A stretch of DNA of 64,000 nt from Chiloscyllium plagiosum (GCF_004010195.1 NC_057719.1:23899629-23963628), one strand, 5' to 3'. Positions 13,649 to 27,482 are shown, numbered from the stretch's first letter. Numbers and translations are program-made. Notes: generated by a model not told the origin, from the sequence alone.

Positions 13649-15269
13649 AAGAAGCTTTGGTGCATTTCCGCAGTGCCACCCTATAAATGGTTCACACTGT
13701 TGCAATTGAACAAAGATGGTGGAGGGAGTGGATGCTTGTGCCAATTTAAATGGGCTGCTTTGTCCTGGCTGGTGTCCTGCTTCAGTGTTGTTGGAGCTGC
13801 ACACATCCAGGCAAGAGTACCTACATTTTGTAGATGGTGCATGGGCATTGGAGAGTCATTGCAGTATTCCTAGCTTCTGGCCACAATATTTTTACAATAA
13901 TCCAGATTCTGGTCTATGGTAAGCCCCCAGAACATTGATAGTGGGTAATGTCATTGAATGTGGAGGGACAATGGTTAGATTCAGTTTTGTTGAAAATGGC
14001 CATTGCCTGGCCCTTGTGTGGTTTGACTTATTTGTAGTTATTTTTTATACTATGCATAGAATGTTTCAGAATGGGGACTAAATGACATGTGCACAGCTGA
14101 CCGAATTATCCTAGATACTCTTGCTGCTTCATAAGTTTCACTTTGTGTACAACACCACAAGAAATCAACTAACACATTTAGTGTAAATCTGTTACTATTG
14201 TTCATATATAGAGAGCAAAATCATGCATCTTCAGAACAGCCAAACTTTGAAGAGACACTCTCCGTCCAAAAACTGCTGTACACAGAGAATAATTAATAAT
14301 ATGAGTAAGTAAGGCAAAAAAGGGAATAATGGGATGAAGAATGTATTTCAAAGCAATAAAGTAAAAATAGTAAAAGAACAGGAGCTGGCAAGAAGGTTGG
14401 TATTAAAAAGGAGTTGTGAAATGAAATTCATAGAATCCCTACCACACACAAGCAGCTGTTTGGCACATTGAGTCTACACCGACCCTCCGAAGAGTGTCCC
14501 AACCAGACACCCGCCAGGCCTATGCCTGTAATCCTGCATTTCCCATGGCTAATCCACCTAGCCTACAAGTCCCTGTTCACTACACGCAATTTTGCAAATT
14601 GAGGAGTCATGAAATTTTCGGAGGAGCATGGTGGGAAAGGTACAACAAAAGGCCCCATTTACACAAGAATTGCACAAAAGCAGTGTCCTATCTTTGGCCA
14701 CTCACCATCTCGAAGCTCTGAAGATGGAAAGAGAAAGGCAGGAAGAATTGAGGATCGTGAAGTTAAGGAAATAACCAAAGGGGAGTTGGAATAAAACAGT
14801 AAACATGAGGACAGCAAAGCTGGGCATATTTTCAGGCTTACCATATGAATTCCATAGGAGAATGACTAATAATGTATATATAATGCTTAAAGTCCTGGTT
14901 GCTATAATGCTTAATTTCCACTATTGAAATTTGGAACTTGTAGTGAAACTTCTAGCTTGTCACCCTGAAATGTAAGTTTTAGTATTATTTTCTTGCTTTT
15001 TTGTTCCTATTTATGTATAAATTCAAGGTTCCCTTGTTTTTTTTTGAAACAGTTTGCTGGATAGGTCCTACCGTCCTTTAGTATTTTGTTCCTTCACCGT
15101 ATTTTGCTTGTTTTGCCTCATTCTTTCAACTGAAGTGTATGATCTCATAAAATTTCACCAGCCATGACTTTGAAAAACAATTACTTACAATTGTAATAGT
15201 TTTCTTTCTGTATATTAGCTAATTTTGTATTCACTTTACTTCCGTGAACTTCAATTGTGATTACAGTTC

Positions 15270-15845
15270 CATAGAATGTACAGCACAGGAATTGGCCCTT
15301 CAGCCCACAATGTTGTCCCAAACATGATGCCAGATTAAACTAATCCCTTCTGTCTGTTCTTGGTCCACATCCCTCCATTCCTTGCATATTCATGTGCTTA
15401 TCTAAAAGTCCTTTTATTGCCCCTATCGTATCTGCCTCCACCACTGCCCCTGGCAGTGCCTTCCAGACTCCTACCACGCTGCGTATTTTAAAAAAAAACT
15501 TGCCCCTCACACTTCCTTTGAACTTTACCCATCTCACCTTAAATGCATGTCCCCTAGTTTTAGACATTTCAACTTTTGGAAAAAAGACAGTCAAGCCTAT
15601 CTATGCATGTCATAATTTTATAGACTTTTTTCATGTCTCTCCTCAGCCTCTGCCACACCAGAGAAAACAACCAGAGTTTTTTTCTATCCTGTCCTTTTAG
15701 CTTGCACCCTCATATCCAAGCAGCATCCTCGTAAAACTTCTCTCCAAAGTTTCCACATCCTTCCTGTAATGTGGCAACCCAGAATTGAACAGAACAGTCT
15801 TAAGTATGGCCTAACCAAAATCTTATAAGGTTGCAACATGACATC
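15270..15845 (-). mobile_element. CR1 LINE 3' fragment
   Basis: TRGHAFKV..VVGVWKALPGAVVEADT; CR1 3' UTR. Confidence 0.85.
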
Positions 15846-16146
15846 CATATGTGAAATTTCATTAAAACAAGCCTTTTGAAAGTCTATTTACACAATCCTG
15901 ATTATTTTCATAAGAGCATTTAATCAAATTGTTGAACCTTGACTTGATTTTAATAAATCAGAGCTGATTTTCATTTATTAATTCCTACTGTTTTTTTGAT
16001 TAATTATTGCACAGTTACTTTGTTAAGCTTATTTCCACAAAGGCTGTCGCAACAGTTTTCTCAGATGCGACTCAGTTGTCAGCACTCAAGTCAGGAGGAT
16101 CTAAGTTCAGGTTCCATGCCAGAAATTTCAGCTACCACAGTGCAGT

Positions 16147-18440
16147 TTATAGAGTTTTACAGCATAGAAGCAGACCCTTCTGTCCAACTTGTCCATGCTG
16201 ACCAGTTATCCTAAATTAATCTAGTCCATTTGCCAGCATTTAGCCCAAATCCCTATCCCTATTCCTATTCATGTCCTCATCCAGACACCTTTTAAATATT
16301 GTAAATATACCTACTTCCACCACTCCTTCTGGCAACTCATTCCATACACATCACCCTCTGTGAAAAGGTTGCCCCTTAGGTCCCTTTTAAATCTTGCCCC
16401 TCTCACCTTTAACCTATTCCTTCTAGTTTTGGACTCCCTTACCCTAGGGAAAAAGACCTTGGCTATTCACCCTTTAAATTACCTCTCAGCTACTGCTGCA
16501 GGGAAAATAGCCCCAGCCTCTTCAGCCTTTCCCTATAGCTGTAACACTCCAATTCTGGCTACATCTTTGTCAATCTTTTCTGCACCCTTTTAAGTTTAAC
16601 AGCATCTTTCCTGTAGCAGGGAGACCAGAATTGAATGCAGTATTCCAAAAGAACATAGAAAGTAAGGAGTAGGAGTAGGCCATCTGGCCCTTTGAGCCTA
16701 TGCCGCCATTCAATAAGATCATGACTGAATGTTTTGTGGACTCAGCTCCACTTAGCTGTCCTCTCACCGTAACTCTTAATTCCTTTGTTGTTCAAAAAAT
16801 AATGTCTTTGCTTTAAAAATGTTTACTGAAGTAGCGTCAACTATTTCACTGGGCAAGAAATTCCAAACCTCTACAACCCTCTGAGTGAAGAAGTTCCTTC
16901 CCAATTCAGTCCTAAATCTGCTTCCCCTAATTTTGGGGTTATGCCCTCTCGTCCTAGTTTCAGCTGCAAGTGGAAACATCCCCTCTATTTCTATCTTATC
17001 TATTCCCTTCATAATTTTATATGTTTCTGTACGATCTCCCTCATACTTCTAAATTCCAATAAATATAATCCCAGTCCACTTAGTCTCTCCTCATAAGCCA
17101 ACCCCCTCAACTCCAGAATCAATCTAGTGAACCCCCTCTGCACCCCCTCTAGTGCCAGTACATACTTTCTTAAGTAAGGAGACCAAAACTCGCAGTACTC
17201 CAAGTGTGGCCTCACCAGCACCCATACAGCTGCAACATAACCTCCCTACTTTTAAACGCAATCCCTTTAGCAATGAAGAGAAAGTGAGGACTGCAGATGC
17301 TGGAGATCAGAGCTGAAAATGTGTTGCTGGAAAAGCGCAGCAGGTCAGGCTGCATCCAAGGAACAGGAGAATCGACGTTTCGGGCATAAGCCCTTCTTCC
17401 TCAAGCACCTGCTGTGCTTTTCCAGCAACACATTTTCAGCTTTAGCAATGAAGGACAAGATTCCATTTGCCTTCCTAATTATTGTTGAACCTGCAGACCA
17501 ACCTTCTGTGATTCATGCACAAGGACACCCAGGTCCTTCTGCATAGCAGCATGCTGCAACTTTTTACCGTTCAAATAATAATCCTTTTTACTGTTACTCT
17601 TACCAAAATAGATGCCTTCACATTTATTAACACTGTATTCCATCTGGTAGACCTTTGCCCAAACACTCAAAGTATCTATGTTCCTCTGCAAAGTTTCACA
17701 GTCCTCTGCAGACTTTGCTCTGCTACTCATCCCAGTGCCATCTGCAAATTTGATACACTACACGTGGTCCTCAACTCCAAATCATCTATCTAAATTGTGA
17801 ATAATTGTCCCAACACTGATCCCTGAGGCACACCACTAGTTACTGATTGCCAACCAGAATAGCACTCACTTATCCCCACTCCCTGCTTCCTGTTAGTCAA
17901 CCAGTACTCTATCCATGCTAATACTTTACTCATAACACCATGCATCTATATCTTGTGTGGCACCTTGTCGAAGGCCTTTTGAAATCTAGGTTCACCATGT
18001 CTACTGTGTCCCTGTTGTCCATCTTACTCATAATGTCTTCACAGAATTTCAAAAGATTAGTTAAACATGACATACCCTTCATGAACCTATGCTGCGACTG
18101 TCCAACCGGACAATTTCTATCTGGATGCCTTGCTATTTCTCCCTTGATTATAGACTCAAGCATCTTCCCCACTACAGAGGTTAAGCTCACCAGTCTATGA
18201 TTCTCCATCTTTTTTTAAACAGTGGCATCACATTTGCTGTTTTCCAATCTGCTGGAAGTGCCCTAAAGTGGCCTAACCAATGTCCTGTATAGCCGCAACA
18301 TGACATTTATAGTCCTATGCTCAATGCACTGATCGATAAAGGCAAGGGTATGAAATGCCTTCTTCACTACCCTGTCTACCTGCGACTCCACCTTCAAGGA
18401 ACTACAAACCTGAACCCCAAGGTCTCTCTGTTTGGCAACA
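16147..18440 (-). mobile_element. Nested CR1 LINEs: outer 16147-16650 + 18266-18440, inner 16651-18265
   Basis: The outer element reads continuously across the insertion (tattccaaaag/tggcctaaccaatgtcc). The inner element has its own 3' tail at 16651 and RT motifs (VSLTSVVGKMLES, LVRPHLEYC). Confidence 0.88.
17279..17439 (-). mobile_element. Short Penelope-derived pseudo-LTR unit with internal inversion and broken hammerhead core
   Basis: Exact 14-bp TSD ctttagcaatgaag (17265-17278 / 17440-17453); sequence matches the pLTR at 50680-50805; ~35-bp inverted arms. Confidence 0.85.
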
Positions 18441-18687
18441 TTCTATGGTACTTTTTGTTTGGCAGTTTTGATAAGTTTAACCCAAATTTTGTGCACCCTT
18501 GGGTAAGTCTGAGCACACCATGAGTGTCCTCTGTGGTGCATACCCCTGAACCAACATTGCTGAAGCAGGGTATGTTTCATAATTTCATTGGTTATGTTCA
18601 AAATGTCCAGAATTTATTCCATTAACTGTAACTTTAATTTGTTTTAAACTTGTGAAAGGCACTATGCAAATGCAAGTCTTTCTTTCA

Positions 18688-18993
18688 TAGAATGCCTACA
18701 ATGTAGCAACAGGCCATTCATTCCATTATGTCCACACTGGTCCTCCATAGAGCATCCCACACTGTAACCTTGCATTTCCCATAGCTAATCCAACTAGCCT
18801 TCACATCCTTGGATACTACAGGGCAATCCGTCTAATCTGTATAATTTTGGAATATGGGAGGAAACCAGAGCACCCAGAGGTGATATGGGGAGAATGTGCA
18901 AACTCCAAACAGACAGTTACTTAAGGGTGGAATCAAACCTAGGTCCCTGGCGCTATAAGGCAACAGTGCTAACACTGAGCTACCATGCTGTCC
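18688..18993 (-). mobile_element. Diverged HE1/V-SINE
   Basis: Reverse complement resembles 54420-54738 (tRNA-like head, ggagtttgcacattctcccc core). Confidence 0.8.
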
Positions 18994-19399
18994 CTATTTC
19001 TTTACATCTGTTTTCAGGAGCATCAATACACCAATGAATGGCTAGCTTGTCTTCTATAAACTTACCATTTCTGCAGAGCTACAAAAAATGTACTTTCCTA
19101 CTCTTCCTTTCCCTGCCCTGCCCAAATAACTACTGCAAACAAAACTTTAGCACAGGTTCTGAGGGGCTGGAGTGGTTCTAAGGTGATCGGGTATGCACCA
19201 AGTTTTAAACTCCTTGCAACTTGAGAGGAGAGAAAGTAATGCAGTTGTCAACTGTGGAGCAGAGAATAAATTATTTGAGAAAAATTGTAGTGCAGACATA
19301 TATAAGCGTTTATCTGAACAACTGATGGAACAGGAAACCGAAAGGTCTGTTTCCTAACAACTTACTCAATCACCACTCAAGACTTGAACATAAATTACA

Positions 19400-19912
19400 A
19401 AAATAAAAATCGCAGAAAAGGCTCAGCAGATCTGGCAGCATCTGTGGAGAGAAATCAGAGTTAATATTTCACATACAGTAACCCTTCCTCAAAACTAATG
19501 ATAATTAAGAAAACGTCAGTTTACATGCAGAAGATAGGGTGGGGTGGTGGGGAAAGGATTAAACAATAGGTGGAGATAGAGCCCAAAGAGTTGGACAGAC
19601 AAAGGAGTGGATAACGTTCAGTTTAGGAGAATAAATAGCTATTAGTGGACAATTAATGGCAGACCATGTGATGACAAGTCCTGGTGTGTGGGGATTGGGT
19701 TGAGGGCATGGGAGAAGTCCTAAAATTGTTGAATTCCAAATTGAGTCCAGAGGGCTGTACAGTACCCAAGTAGAAACTTAGGTGCTGTTCTTCCAGCTGA
19801 GCTTTGCTAGAGCACTGCAGTAAGCCTGAGACAGTGATGTTTGCCAGGGAGCAGGGTGGTGTGTTGAAATGACAGACAGCAGGGTCTTTTTTGCAGACTG
19901 GATGTAGGTGTT
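19400..19912 (-). mobile_element. Penelope-like 3' fragment with decayed pLTR/hammerhead
   Basis: Reverse complement parallels 58520-58720 and 60050-60350. Confidence 0.75.
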
Positions 19913-20074
19913 TAGATTAGATTAGATTACTTACAGTGTGGAAACAGGCCCTTCGGCCCAACAAGTCCACCATGGGGAGAATGTGCAAACTCCACACAGT
20001 CAGTCGCCTGAGTCGGGAATTGAACCCGGGTCTCTGGCGCTGTGAGGCAGCAGTGCTAACCACTGTGCCGCCCC
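19913..20074 (-). mobile_element. Internally deleted, young-looking HE1/V-SINE
   Basis: (ttaga)n tail joined to a tRNA-like head with B box ggttcaattcc; the middle is missing relative to 54420-54738. Confidence 0.88.
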
Positions 20075-20079
20075 AAATG

Positions 20080-20894
20080 GCAAAGCCACTTGTAATAAAT
20101 ATTGACTCTTGTTAGTGATGTAAAAGACTAAATTAGTAGATCTTAAATTTTACTCTAATACTTTTGTCCAGGGAATAACATTTAGATATCGGTGCAGGAA
20201 ATGCATTATAAACAACCCCTGCGAGCTCCATGTGAAAATAAATTACAATTGAAATGAATCCTATTAGTGTTGAAAATAGGGCTTTCAAATAATTAGTCAA
20301 TCTTGCATATTAGAGATTTGTGTTTATATGGTGTTCTGTGAAGCTATGCTAGATTTACACTTCAATGCAACACTGAAGGTCAACTGACCTTTGGAGGTGT
20401 TGGAAGTGTGAAAACAATCTGGAACTGAGTAGTTCTGCTGAATATTAATGATTCTGTTTAAAGAAGAGTAGAAAATCAGAAACAATATTGCTAATTCAGC
20501 CATAAGCACCAAACAGAATCCAAATTGTTAATTTTATTGCATTTTTGTGACCTTGCTGAACATATACAAAATTGCAATACTCACTAAAAGGTTAGCATTG
20601 AAGTAATTCATTGTATTTGTGATCTGATTAAAACACCATATAAACACAAATCTCTAATATGCAAGATTGACTAATTATTTGAAAGGTAAAAGCCCTATTT
20701 CCAACACTAATAGGATTCGTTTCAATTGTAATTTATTTTCACATGGAGCTCGCAGAGGTTGTTTATAATGCATTTCCTGCACCGATATCTAAATGTTATT
20801 CCCTGGACAAAAGTATTAGAGTAAAATTTAAGATCTGCTAATTTAGTCTTTTACATCACTAACAAGAGTCAATATTTATTACAAGTGGCTTTGC
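20080..20894. repeat. Long inverted repeat: arms 20080-20335 and 20632-20894, 296-bp spacer
   Basis: By-eye alignment gives 4 substitutions plus one 7-bp indel over ~256 bp. Confidence 0.95.
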
Positions 20895-21621
20895 AATTAT
20901 CCTCATTAATCTGTGATTGTATCATGGCTTTCACCAGGACTGGCAGCAATTCTGATTTTGAACGTCTTTCAATATTCAACTTTAGTCATTTGGTAGAACT
21001 TTAAAGAATGTGCAGTATATTTCTGTAGCCATTTATTGCTATCTGTAAAGAGTGCATAACTGAACGAGGCAAATTATTAAACAAGGAGACTAAATTAGGG
21101 GTGGGTTTCTTTCAAATAACAAAGAGTAAGTATGTAAACAGTTTGGCATGCTATTATGGTGAACATAATTTCCTGTGTATTTAATGTCCTCTGTGCTAGT
21201 GTTGAATTGGTATCCCATGCATAATTATTGTAGTTTCAAGGTAAGTTTTTACAAGTTGTCAACAGTAGTTGGAATTTCATTATTTAAGTCAATCAAGATT
21301 ACCTAGAAATGTGGGGAAGCAATGTGTATTCATTATTTGTATTTTGTGCAGAAAAGTTGTACGGATTGAATTAAGTTAACTTGATTATAACTGTTCCTTT
21401 GTATATTTGTTTTCTGTGAAACAATCTACCTTGACAAATCAAATCTGACGTTTTGTCACCAAGTTTGTCTTCAAAACCATTGAAGAGGTTTGATTGAACA
21501 CAAAGATTTGATTTAGATTTGGTTTAAATCATAATATGTTACACCCCTAGGCCTATTAGGGATAGTTACATATTGGACAATGTAAGTTCACTTGGGATAA
21601 TATTACAATTACAGCAATATA

Positions 21622-22150
21622 GGGGTGGCAGGGTAGCTCTGTGGTTAGCACTGCTGCCTCACAGCATCAGGGACCCAGGTTCGATTCCAGCCTCGGATGA
21701 CTGTCTGTGTGGAATTTGCATGTTCTCCCTTTATCTGCATGAGTTTCCTCCAAGTCATAGAGTCATAGAGATGTACAGCATAGAAACAGACCCTTCGGTC
21801 CAACCCGTCCATGCCGACCAGATATCCCAACCCAATCGAGTCCCACCTGCCAGCACCCGGCCCATATCCCTCCAAACCCTTCCTATTCATATACTCATGC
21901 AAATGCCTCTTAAATGTTGCAATTGTACCAGCTTCCACCACATCCTCTGGCAGCTCATTCCATACACATACCACCCTCTGCCTGAAAAAGTTGCCCCTTA
22001 GGTCTCTTTCCCCTCTCACCCTAAACCTATGCCCTCTAGTTCTGGACTCCCCGACCCCAATCCTATCCATGCCCCTCATAATTTTGTAAACCTCTATAAG
22101 GTCACCCTTCAGCCTCAGATGCTCCAGGGAAAACAGCCCCAGCCTATTTA
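21622..22150. mobile_element. V-SINE 5' half (+, 21622-21752) abutting a CR1 3' end (-, 21755-22150)
   Basis: tRNA-like head followed by a (catagagt)n CR1 tail and reverse-strand FFRQRVVCVWNELPEDVVEAGT. Confidence 0.85.
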
Positions 22151-25100
22151 AAGCCCTACTTCCCTTACAGTGCACATTGCCTTCCAATCTGCCCCCTTTC
22201 TTGCACTGATGAAAATGGCCAACATAGGAAACAGAGGCAGGGATTTCAGCCCATACTACAAAATCAGGCCCATATTTTTGGTTACACCTCATAAACTTTC
22301 AGTTTTTTTTAAATTTTTGATCTCAAACAGTTATGGGGCAGTGAGGAAAGTGGAGTTAAGATCACAGTCAGATCAGCCATAATCTTATTGATTGTGGGCC
22401 AAGTACTTTTTTTTCTGCTCCTGTTCCTCATGATCATATGATTTGTCCATTTTTTTAGTAAAGCACTTTGGTTTCTTTATATATATGTTATACACTAGAA
22501 AAATGAAATTTATTGTTATCTTGAAAATGGCACAAAGGAGTTATAGTCTGTGTAATATTGCTGAGTGCTTGCACAGTTACACAAATTTCTCAAAGCAGTA
22601 AAGTATATTAATTTCAACCATAACAAGCACCTTTTATAAGTTATCTCAATGTGAAAAAAATCACTATACAGATATTCCATTTAAAAAGTAGTTTTGTGCT
22701 GGAGAATTTTAAACAGGTCGAGATCACACACATTCCAGTGATTGTTTTTAGTTAATATTTGATTTTATTCATGGACTTTGTCATGATTCGTGGAACAGTT
22801 TGTAGTCAAACTGACATGCAAGTTAAATTAGTATGTTCAAGCAAAATAGTGTCATTCACGCTTTTTCCAAACTAGCACACATTCAACCTGTATTCAATCC
22901 ATAATATCATAAAAGGAAAAACTATCTTCACCTCAAATACATTTTCTGTCTGGGTTTTGTATTCAAAGTAGTTCATAGAATGCTCTCAGACACAGAATTA
23001 TCCCTAAATAAAATATTATCTGTCAGAAGCAGAAAAGGTGAATTTCTATAATAAAACTTTAATATGTTCAGAAAATAAATGCTTATTGGAGGGAAAATGC
23101 AAAACCTTAAAATCTACATTTAGTTTTCTGAGTAAACGAGACGATTATAGTATAAATGATCCATATTAACTCAGCATTTAAAGGGAAATTGACAAAGTCA
23201 GTTTGTAACAGCATTATAAATCAAAACGCATCTTTACAGAAAGAAATGCTCTTAGAATGGTAGCCTGGGGTTATTTTTTAAATGCGTATATGGTGGTATT
23301 GATATGAATGACAGTGTAGAGTAATTAAGCTTGCATAAGAACTTTAGATTTACCTTAGAGTAAACCCTATAGTGGAAATGAAAGTGATAGGTGACCATCA
23401 TGGCCAGGCCACCTGACCACTTCTATACTTGATGTGGATGGGCATATGAATAGGAAGGGTTTAGTGGGGTATGGTCAGAGTGCTGGCAGGTGGGAGTAGA
23501 TTGGTTTGGGATATCTGGCTGGCATGGATGAGTTGAACTGAAGGGTCTGTTTCTGTGCAGTACATCTCTATGACTCTATGACAATGATGTATAATTCAAT
23601 CCCCATTTTAGTGGGACTTTCCAAGGCTTCAAAGGTCAACTTACAGACGGACAGCTGCTGCATTTCAGAAATTATCTAACAGTTTCATCCAGCTTGAGAG
23701 AAAGTGTTAGGTTATTGCGCTTCATTGTGCACTTCATAGGAGGCACCAGAAGAACGGAAGTGTTTAGTCGTATGTCCTTCGGAAGGGAATTCCTTCAGTT
23801 GGGTGAAGAACGGGAGCAGTCAGAACAGCATCATCTGCTGACATAAAGAGAGAGGTTACGGAGGAAGAGGGTAATAAGGTTAAGTGACATTCCTCATTCT
23901 CTGGATCTCCTTGAATGGGTGACAGGATTCCCTTTATAATGACCAGATCCCATACAAGGTTCCCAATTCATTACAGTTCCAGATGGGTTCCTCAAACTGT
24001 TAAGATCCCAAATGAGGAAGGATAAACTCGATCCTCGTCTTTCTTCACTTACCCTTTCTGTTAGTTGTACCAAGGTTAATAAATATTAAATGGATCAGAC
24101 TCTGAATTATTAGTACAGACATATAAGTTGACATTGGTTGCATTAGTAATATTGATGTTGGCAACTAAACAATTTGGAGATTTGAAGTTTTGTATGGTTT
24201 TGTTAGAAGTTCCTTTGTATTGATTCTCTTTTTAACTGGTTTGTAGCATTCAGAGCGAGTGATAATTTTTACCTGTATTTTCTCTATCACCCTTGATTGC
24301 CTTACTGATTAAAAATCTGTCTCTTTTACCTTTGTTTTTTGTTCCTACCTGAAAAAGACCCACATATACCTATTCTCAGCTTCCTGTTGGCCAGCCCATC
24401 TTCCATCCATGCCAATATGTTCGCTTCATGAGCTTCTACTATCCACAATAACAAAAATAAATTATTTATCTTAATGAAAACAATTTGAAGGGATAAGAAG
24501 AATTTAAAGAGAGTGCAGAAAAATTCAAGCAAATGCTTCCAGGGGTGAGGGACTTCAGCTACATGGATAAGTGGGAGAGCATCGCAGGGGGTGGAAGAGC
24601 ATCTAATTGAAGTGTACAAAGTTCTGAGAGGCAGAGACAGGTAGAAAGGGAAAAAAACATTACCCCCTTAGCTGAAGAGTCAATAATGAACATTTAGAGG
24701 GGATTTGAGGAAACATTTGTTCATCCAGAGGGTTGTGGATGATTGGAACTCAATGCCTGAAAGGTTTGCAGAGATGGGAGATATTTAAAAACTAGCTGAG
24801 CACTTGAAACACTATAACATATGGCTCAAGATCTGGAAAAAGGGATATGATGGATGTTGCAAGCCAAGGGCAATGCCAGATTGCCAATGCTTGCCTGGGT
24901 GGACAGTGGTCTTTCAAGATGACATAGGGTCCAGGGAAGCCGGCGTTTTGATGAGTGAGCGGCGACTAGCTCTGGGAATGGTAATTGAAAGGATGCGATT
25001 AGAATTAGGTGAGAAGGGCACCATGGGAGAGGGAGATAGTTAATGCGTTAGGTTTGGAAAGAAGTGACAAGAGGTCTCTTTCGGCCTTGTGGAAAAAGGC

Positions 25101-27372
25101 CTCCATGAAACTTGCCAACAAAGTCAGATTCAGCCCTAAGTGTTAATTTATGTTGTTTAAAACAAGAGCTGCCTATCCCAACAACTTCAGTTATATCCCA
25201 ATTACCTCTGAGATCTGTGGCTATAATGCTTTCTTGTTTGGACATTCAAGTCTTTCTGAATCCTCTGAATTCCTGGATAGCAAAGACATTTCCAATCTTT
25301 GGGTAAGCTTTGTTTTTGATATTCCAAACATATAATTCCTACTGCCACAGCAGTTTCCATGTTCCAGGATCTTATTTCTGATGCTACTCTCATTCATATG
25401 TACAATGTTACTATAAATTGGCCTACTTTCATATGTCCTAGTGATTGATTTTTCCTGGGGCCCAATCTATATATGTCTTTTTGGGATTTCTGTGTGCATA
25501 TACTCCATCCTTAGATCTATCCCATTTATGATCCAGTTATCATAATGCACTAATTTCTCTTCCCCAACACCCACCCTACACCCACCCACCTCATTTAAAT
25601 CTCTAGTTAAACAGTTGTTCCACTTTAAAAATACTTTATTGATTGAAACGTACTTTAGGATACCCGAAAGTCTTGAAAGATGCTATATAAATACAATTCT
25701 ACATTTTCCAGTTATTTTTCAGTGCTGCCTAAATATTCATAACTAGTCTTTTTATTGCCATTTGAATTATTTGCCACCAATCTGTCCTGTGCCAATCCTC
25801 ATCAATCTGAAAATATTATTTCATACTTATGTTGGAATTACTGTTTTATGAATGAAGGTCACTGGAAATGAAGCATTACCTCTGCTTTCTCTTCACCTGC
25901 CAGACCTGCTGAGTTTCCCTAGTAATTTCAATTATTCTTTTAGATAATCAGCCTACTCAGTTCATTCTTTTATATTATTCTTTTGATATCAGCTTTCCAA
26001 TATCTCCTTTAAGTCATCCGTTTTATTGGTGAACGTTGTTTTCACCAAATAACAGAAGGATATGCCAGACAACACTCATTTTTGAGGTAAATTTCATTCA
26101 TCTGCTATTTAAACCTCATATTCTATCTCCCATATTGTTGATCATTAATTAGAGTAAAAATGGTACTGCTGCCTCTAGGCAAACCAATCCTGCAAAATGG
26201 TCCTTGTTCAGACATTAAACTCTAAGCTTCTGCATTAGACATGGATAACGAACAGTACTTAATTATTCTTGTCCAATATGATGGCTTGTACACTTGTAGT
26301 GTGATGATGCTGTGGATTTTAGAGTTTATTTTTAAAGAGAGATTGAATGTGAGGTACCAAGTTGTCTGTTATAAAGTAAACAGCTTGTGAGGCCTTCGTG
26401 TTTCTTAAAGTTGCCACAATAGAGGCAACTGGCTGGGTGTGGCCAGCTCTCACAGATCAGGCTTTCTAGTTTTTTTTAGTTTTAGGTTTAGCTTTAAGCA
26501 ATTATTGTTGTGGGTTTGAAGACATAAAACCTATTTTTTCCCTCTCTTGGTAACAGCTGGGCATTCTCTGTACTGTTGGGTTACCTTGAAAAAAATCTAT
26601 TCTTTCTGAAATTGTCTTTCTTACCAAGGGGATGTTTATGGGATGGAAAAAGACAGTCATCTCTATCCATCTCATAATTTTATACACTTCTATTAAGTCT
26701 CCCCTCAGCCTCTGCCACTCCAGAGAAAACAACTCTTATATCTTGTAAAGGAGTGGTTTTAATATGTAATATCATGGAGACAGAAAGGAGAATCAGAACC
26801 AAAATCAAAAATGCACTATGTGTGTATATGCCTTGGTGCATCTAGATACATACATTAGTGTGACTCCAACAGACCACTGCTTTTGTCTGAAACAAATGTG
26901 GTAGACACTGTCAGGCTACATAGTGCTTAACACTACCAAGATGTAAATCATCATCTCACAATTCAAAAGGCTGCCAAGTTAGTGAAATTATGTTTTTCAA
27001 TAAATTTGTGATATTAATGAGCGTGTATGTGCATCAAGAAAGAAGGCAGCTGAAAAATAGAGTTATGTGTGGAATTAATTGCAAATGAAATGCTGCGTAT
27101 TTATTGAGATGTATAAGATTGAGTTTAATATTAAATAAGTATTAAACTAAGACATCGTACAGTCATAAATTAACCAAAATTTACCAAACAATAGCAGTTT
27201 GTGTGAAGAGACTGGGAGGTGATAACGTAAGGACTGACAGCTCCTGTATTGATTGAAAAATGTAAGAGACAAAATGAATGTCACAACTATTTTGTCATAT
27301 ATGACAAAGCTTATACAAGCTACACAGATTATATTTGCAATGCAGACGCCATTTATAGAAATGTTGACCATC

Positions 27373-27436
27373 AGACCAAAGGTCAGTTTACTGATTAATG
27401 CATAACAGATCTGTTTACAATTTCTGTGGTATAAAT
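27373..27436 (+). promoter_or_regulatory. Putative hepatocyte-type proximal promoter of the serpin gene
   Basis: Clustered motifs: AGACCAAAGGTCA (HNF4/DR1-like, 27373-27385), GTTTACTGATTAAT (HNF1-like, 27386-27399), TGTTTAC (FoxA, 27412-27418) and TATAAAT (27430-27436), just upstream of a strong splice donor. Confidence 0.6.
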
Positions 27437-27459
27437 TAGCATTATACACCAAGGACCAT

Positions 27460-27482
27460 GTAGAAGGGAGAAGAAAATCACG
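27460..27482 (+). other. Putative non-coding first exon of the serpin gene (start approximate)
   Basis: Begins ~25-30 nt after the TATA box and ends at CG|GTAAGT. A 214-bp intron leads to the ttgcAG acceptor at 27696, six nt before the ATG. This is the usual SERPINA architecture. Confidence 0.6.

Noticed and set aside
14590..14850. Purine-rich stretch with a protein-like frame (..LEALKMERERQEELRIVKLRK*)
   Set aside because: Short, no splice support, family not recognisable; possibly retroelement debris.
23600..24060. More GC-balanced unique-looking region between the two genes
   Set aside because: No sustained frame, splice pattern or motif that I could support.
26294..26650. LTR-like segment (similar character at ~57630-58190)
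   Set aside because: Termini and TSD could not be defined by eye.
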